Shown here: positions 61,523 through 64,000 of the stretch, piece after piece | Position numbering within the stretch: the stretch's first letter is position 1 | Layout: every line of letters starts with the position of its first letter | From: an uncultured delta proteobacterium | Lineage (GTDB): Bacteria > Myxococcota_A > Polyangia > Polyangiales > Polyangiaceae | Assembly: GCA_963716725.1 (NCBI GenBank) | Contig: CAVQUB010000020.1 | Coordinates: 96,001-160,000 of the forward strand | Direction: 5' to 3' | Length of the DNA stretch: 64,000 nt | Notes under the pieces: generated by a model | Seen by the model: only the letters and a program-made list of their open reading frames with translations | Database searches by the model: none | Told to the model about the DNA's origin: nothing | Position numbers and translations under genes: made by a program

Positions 61523-62944
61523 GTGCGACAGAACCTGGTCTTCCTGATTCTGATCGGCCTGTTCGGCGTGCTCGCGATCAGCCTGGCAACGCGCGACCGA
61601 GCGTCGCACGCTGTCCCCCTCCCCATCGCGCCGTCGGCGTCGGCGTCGACGTCGGAGGCGCCGAGCGCCTCGCAGTCAGCCGCCCCGTCGCCGTCGGCAT
61701 CGGCAGCGCCCGCAGCTTCAGTGGCGAAGCTGGGGCGACCCCTTCGAGTCATCGGCACCGGCTGGGAAACCCTCGCCCCGATCGTGCTCGCCAACGGCGG
61801 GCTCGAGCCCAAGAAGGACAGCGACGTCGGCAAGGCGGGCGTCGAGGCCGCAGTGAGGGTGGCACGCGAGCTAGACGACTTCGAAGCCGCGCTCGCCCGC
61901 GGCGGCTCTGACGGCGATGGCGCTGACGTCGCGGTCATCCCCCTGCCGAATCTCGTCGCATCTTATCAAAAGCTTCAGGCACTACGCCCGGTGGTGGTGT
62001 TCGCGAGCGCCTGGTCCCGCGGCCGTGAGGTCATCACCGCCAAGCAACCGCTCGACAAGCTCCCCGCCAGCGGAGAGGTACACTTGGCGACCGACGGCAC
62101 CCCGGCCGCGAGCTACTTTGGGCTGTTTGCCGCCGACCTGGCGGGCGTCGCTCCGGCGCGCCTACGCGCGGTCGAGCCGGGCGACGCGAAGATCCACCTC
62201 TCGGCGCTCAGTCGGCGGGAGTTCAAGGCGGCGGATCAGAAGGACGTGCTGCTCAGCACCGCGGAAGCGGTGCGCTTCGCGCCCATCGTCCTGGTGTGCT
62301 CCGCCGCGTTCGTCGAAAAACACCCCGACTCAGTCGAGCATTTCGTCGAAGCGTGGCTTGCTGGCGCCAAGCGCCTCGCTTCGGATCCCACCACCTCGGC
62401 CCGAAGCATCTCTGCCCTCGACAACGCCCCGGAGCCCATCACTCTGCTGGCCGCCCTCGGCGACCTGGTCCCCATCGGACTCGGCGAGAACGCCGAGTTG
62501 CTCGGGCTGTCCGGTCGGGGTGCGGTGACCATCGACTCACTCACGCTGCGCATGTGGCGCCTGGCGCGAGAGGCCAAGTGGATCACCGTCGCGCAGCCGG
62601 AGCGGTCGCTGGTGGTCACGGGGCCCGTCGCTCAGATCGTGCGCGCAGATCCTTCGCAGCTCAGAGCTGCCCCGAGCGCTGACGCGGTGCCCAAGCTCGC
62701 CAAAGGAGCTCGGGCGCTGATCGTGGTGCGCGCCCCTAAGGATAGCGCCGAGTCCGCCATCGGTTTCGTCGCGGGCGTGTTCCAGCGATCCCCGATTCGG
62801 GTTTCGGCCGCCGAGCCCAAGCTCGCGGAGAGCCTCGTGCGGGTGAGCAGCGAGCGCTTCGGACTGCCGCAGGGGCGCCTGCTCACGGGGACGACCGCCG
62901 CCCGCGGGGCGGAGGCCGTGGTCGAAGTGATGCCGGTGCCCTGA
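61523..62944 (+). CDS. exported protein resembling NMT1/THI5-like substrate-binding proteins
   Basis: N-terminal anchor and Ala/Ser linker. WSRG...TPAASYF...FVEKHPDSVEHFVEAW matches a pattern typical of class II periplasmic binding proteins. Confidence 0.55.
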   Translation: MRQNLVFLILIGLFGVLAISLATRDRASHAVPLPIAPSASASTSEAPSASQSAAPSPSASAAPAASVAKLGRPLRVIGTGWETLAPIVLANGGLEPKKDSDVGKAGVEAAVRVARELDDFEAALARGGSDGDGADVAVIPLPNLVASYQKLQALRPVVVFASAWSRGREVITAKQPLDKLPASGEVHLATDGTPAASYFGLFAADLAGVAPARLRAVEPGDAKIHLSALSRREFKAADQKDVLLSTAEAVRFAPIVLVCSAAFVEKHPDSVEHFVEAWLAGAKRLASDPTTSARSISALDNAPEPITLLAALGDLVPIGLGENAELLGLSGRGAVTIDSLTLRMWRLAREAKWITVAQPERSLVVTGPVAQIVRADPSQLRAAPSADAVPKLAKGARALIVVRAPKDSAESAIGFVAGVFQRSPIRVSAAEPKLAESLVRVSSERFGLPQGRLLTGTTAARGAEAVVEVMPVP

Positions 62945-63100
62945 GGAATCCCGGCTCATCGGCCAGGTATTCGACGGAAAATTGACTAGGCGTCCGAAAC
63001 GCTTGGGAAGGCGCGGTGCTCACCGGTCCTCGACCGAGCACCCGGTTGCACACTGCCCCACATGGGGCTACCTGAGGGACCTCTTCGGGAGGTAACGGCA

Positions 63101-64000
63101 ATGGGTCTTAAGATGCGATGGGTCCACACGTCTGCGCTGGCGGTCTTCGGACTGGGCGCGGCAGCAATGGCTCCGGGTTGCGGCAGCGACAGCAGCGGCG
63201 GCGGCGGCGGAATTGGCGGCGGCGGTAACGTCGGTGCGACCGGCGGCAGCGGCAACACCGGCGGCGGTGGCGTCGGCAACACCGGCGGCGGCGGCGTCGG
63301 CAATACCGGCGGCGGCGGCGTCGGCAATACCGGCGGCGGCGGCGTCGGCGGCTCGACGGGCTGCCCCGGCACCCTCTCGGACTGCAACGGGACCTGCACC
63401 AACACCGAGTTCGATCCCAGCAACTGCGGCGCTTGCGGCACCGTCTGCAAGACCGGCGAGTTCTGCTCGCAGGGCACGTGCGCGGGCCAGTGCCTCGGCA
63501 CCACGCTCTGCACCGGCAAGTGCGTCGACACCGACGCCGATCCGAACAACTGCGGCGCCTGCGGCACGGTCTGCACGACCGGCCAGGTCTGCTCGCTCGG
63601 CAAGTGCGGCGTCAACTGCACGGGCGGCTCCGCCCAGTGCGGAGGCCAGTGCGTCGACACGCAGAGCAACCCGAACCACTGCGGCGGCTGCGGCACTGCC
63701 TGCACGAGCGGCCAGGTCTGCTCGGCAGGTCAATGCGCGACCAGCTGCGGCACCGGCTACACCAAGTGCGGGTCCTCCTGCGTCGAAACTCAGAACGACA
63801 AGAACAACTGCGGCGCCTGCGGCACGGTCTGCCCCGCCGGCCAGGCCTGCCTCCAAGGCAAGTGCGGCAGCTGCGACATCAACACCACGGACTGCGACGG
63901 CGACGGATACGCCGGCAAGAACGAAGGCGACTGCTGCGAAGTTCCCGGCCTCTGCGGCGCCAACCCGCAGCTCGTGAACCCGGGTGCGCTCGAGGTCGTG
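63101..64000 (+). CDS. Cys-rich repeat lipoprotein (3'-truncated by window edge; absent from ORF track)
   Basis: SD GGAGGT and ATG 63101; AMAPGC lipobox; GGGGVGNT repeats; four CVDTxxDPNNCGACGTVC-type repeats, then DCDGDGY...DCC...VNPGALEV. The frame is open to the window end. Confidence 0.88.
   Translation, partial: MGLKMRWVHTSALAVFGLGAAAMAPGCGSDSSGGGGGIGGGGNVGATGGSGNTGGGGVGNTGGGGVGNTGGGGVGNTGGGGVGGSTGCPGTLSDCNGTCTNTEFDPSNCGACGTVCKTGEFCSQGTCAGQCLGTTLCTGKCVDTDADPNNCGACGTVCTTGQVCSLGKCGVNCTGGSAQCGGQCVDTQSNPNHCGGCGTACTSGQVCSAGQCATSCGTGYTKCGSSCVETQNDKNNCGACGTVCPAGQACLQGKCGSCDINTTDCDGDGYAGKNEGDCCEVPGLCGANPQLVNPGALEVV

Overview
This is a GC-rich bacterial window, most likely from a myxobacterium (Polyangiaceae-like). 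That assignment is inferred from the many Cys-rich or Gly-rich lipoproteins, the TonB_C-fused TonB-dependent receptor, a GYF_2 protein and a HEAT-containing che cluster. Housekeeping genes include holA, ribA, glmU, dusB, hslR and purL/purQ. There is a heat-shock/envelope-stress run (2x Hsp20, HtrA, DoxX-like, DUF2269), a cheY-cheA-cheW-cheW-HEAT-cheR-cheB operon with no MCP, two separated acyl-CoA carboxylase subunits, and a lipoprotein-rich variable island containing gene remnants. I saw no rRNA, tRNA, CRISPR array or transposase. Several genes carry indels that look like long-read or polishing errors; these are dense in purL/purQ and the carboxyltransferase. The most unusual items are four. 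(1) A cobalamin-dependent radical SAM enzyme that, after removing one extra base near 37815, reads through into a lipoprotein-like segment and a Cys-rich exported-type domain ending CPENVIIE, which may be an enzyme-substrate fusion. (2) A small lipoprotein with three PQ(P/V)CLS cassettes resembling a multi-core modified-peptide precursor. (3) A single-chain NfnA-NfnB-metal ribbon-rubrerythrin-like fusion. (4) A ~170-bp multi-hairpin element with terminal inverted repeats directly downstream of the radical SAM gene.
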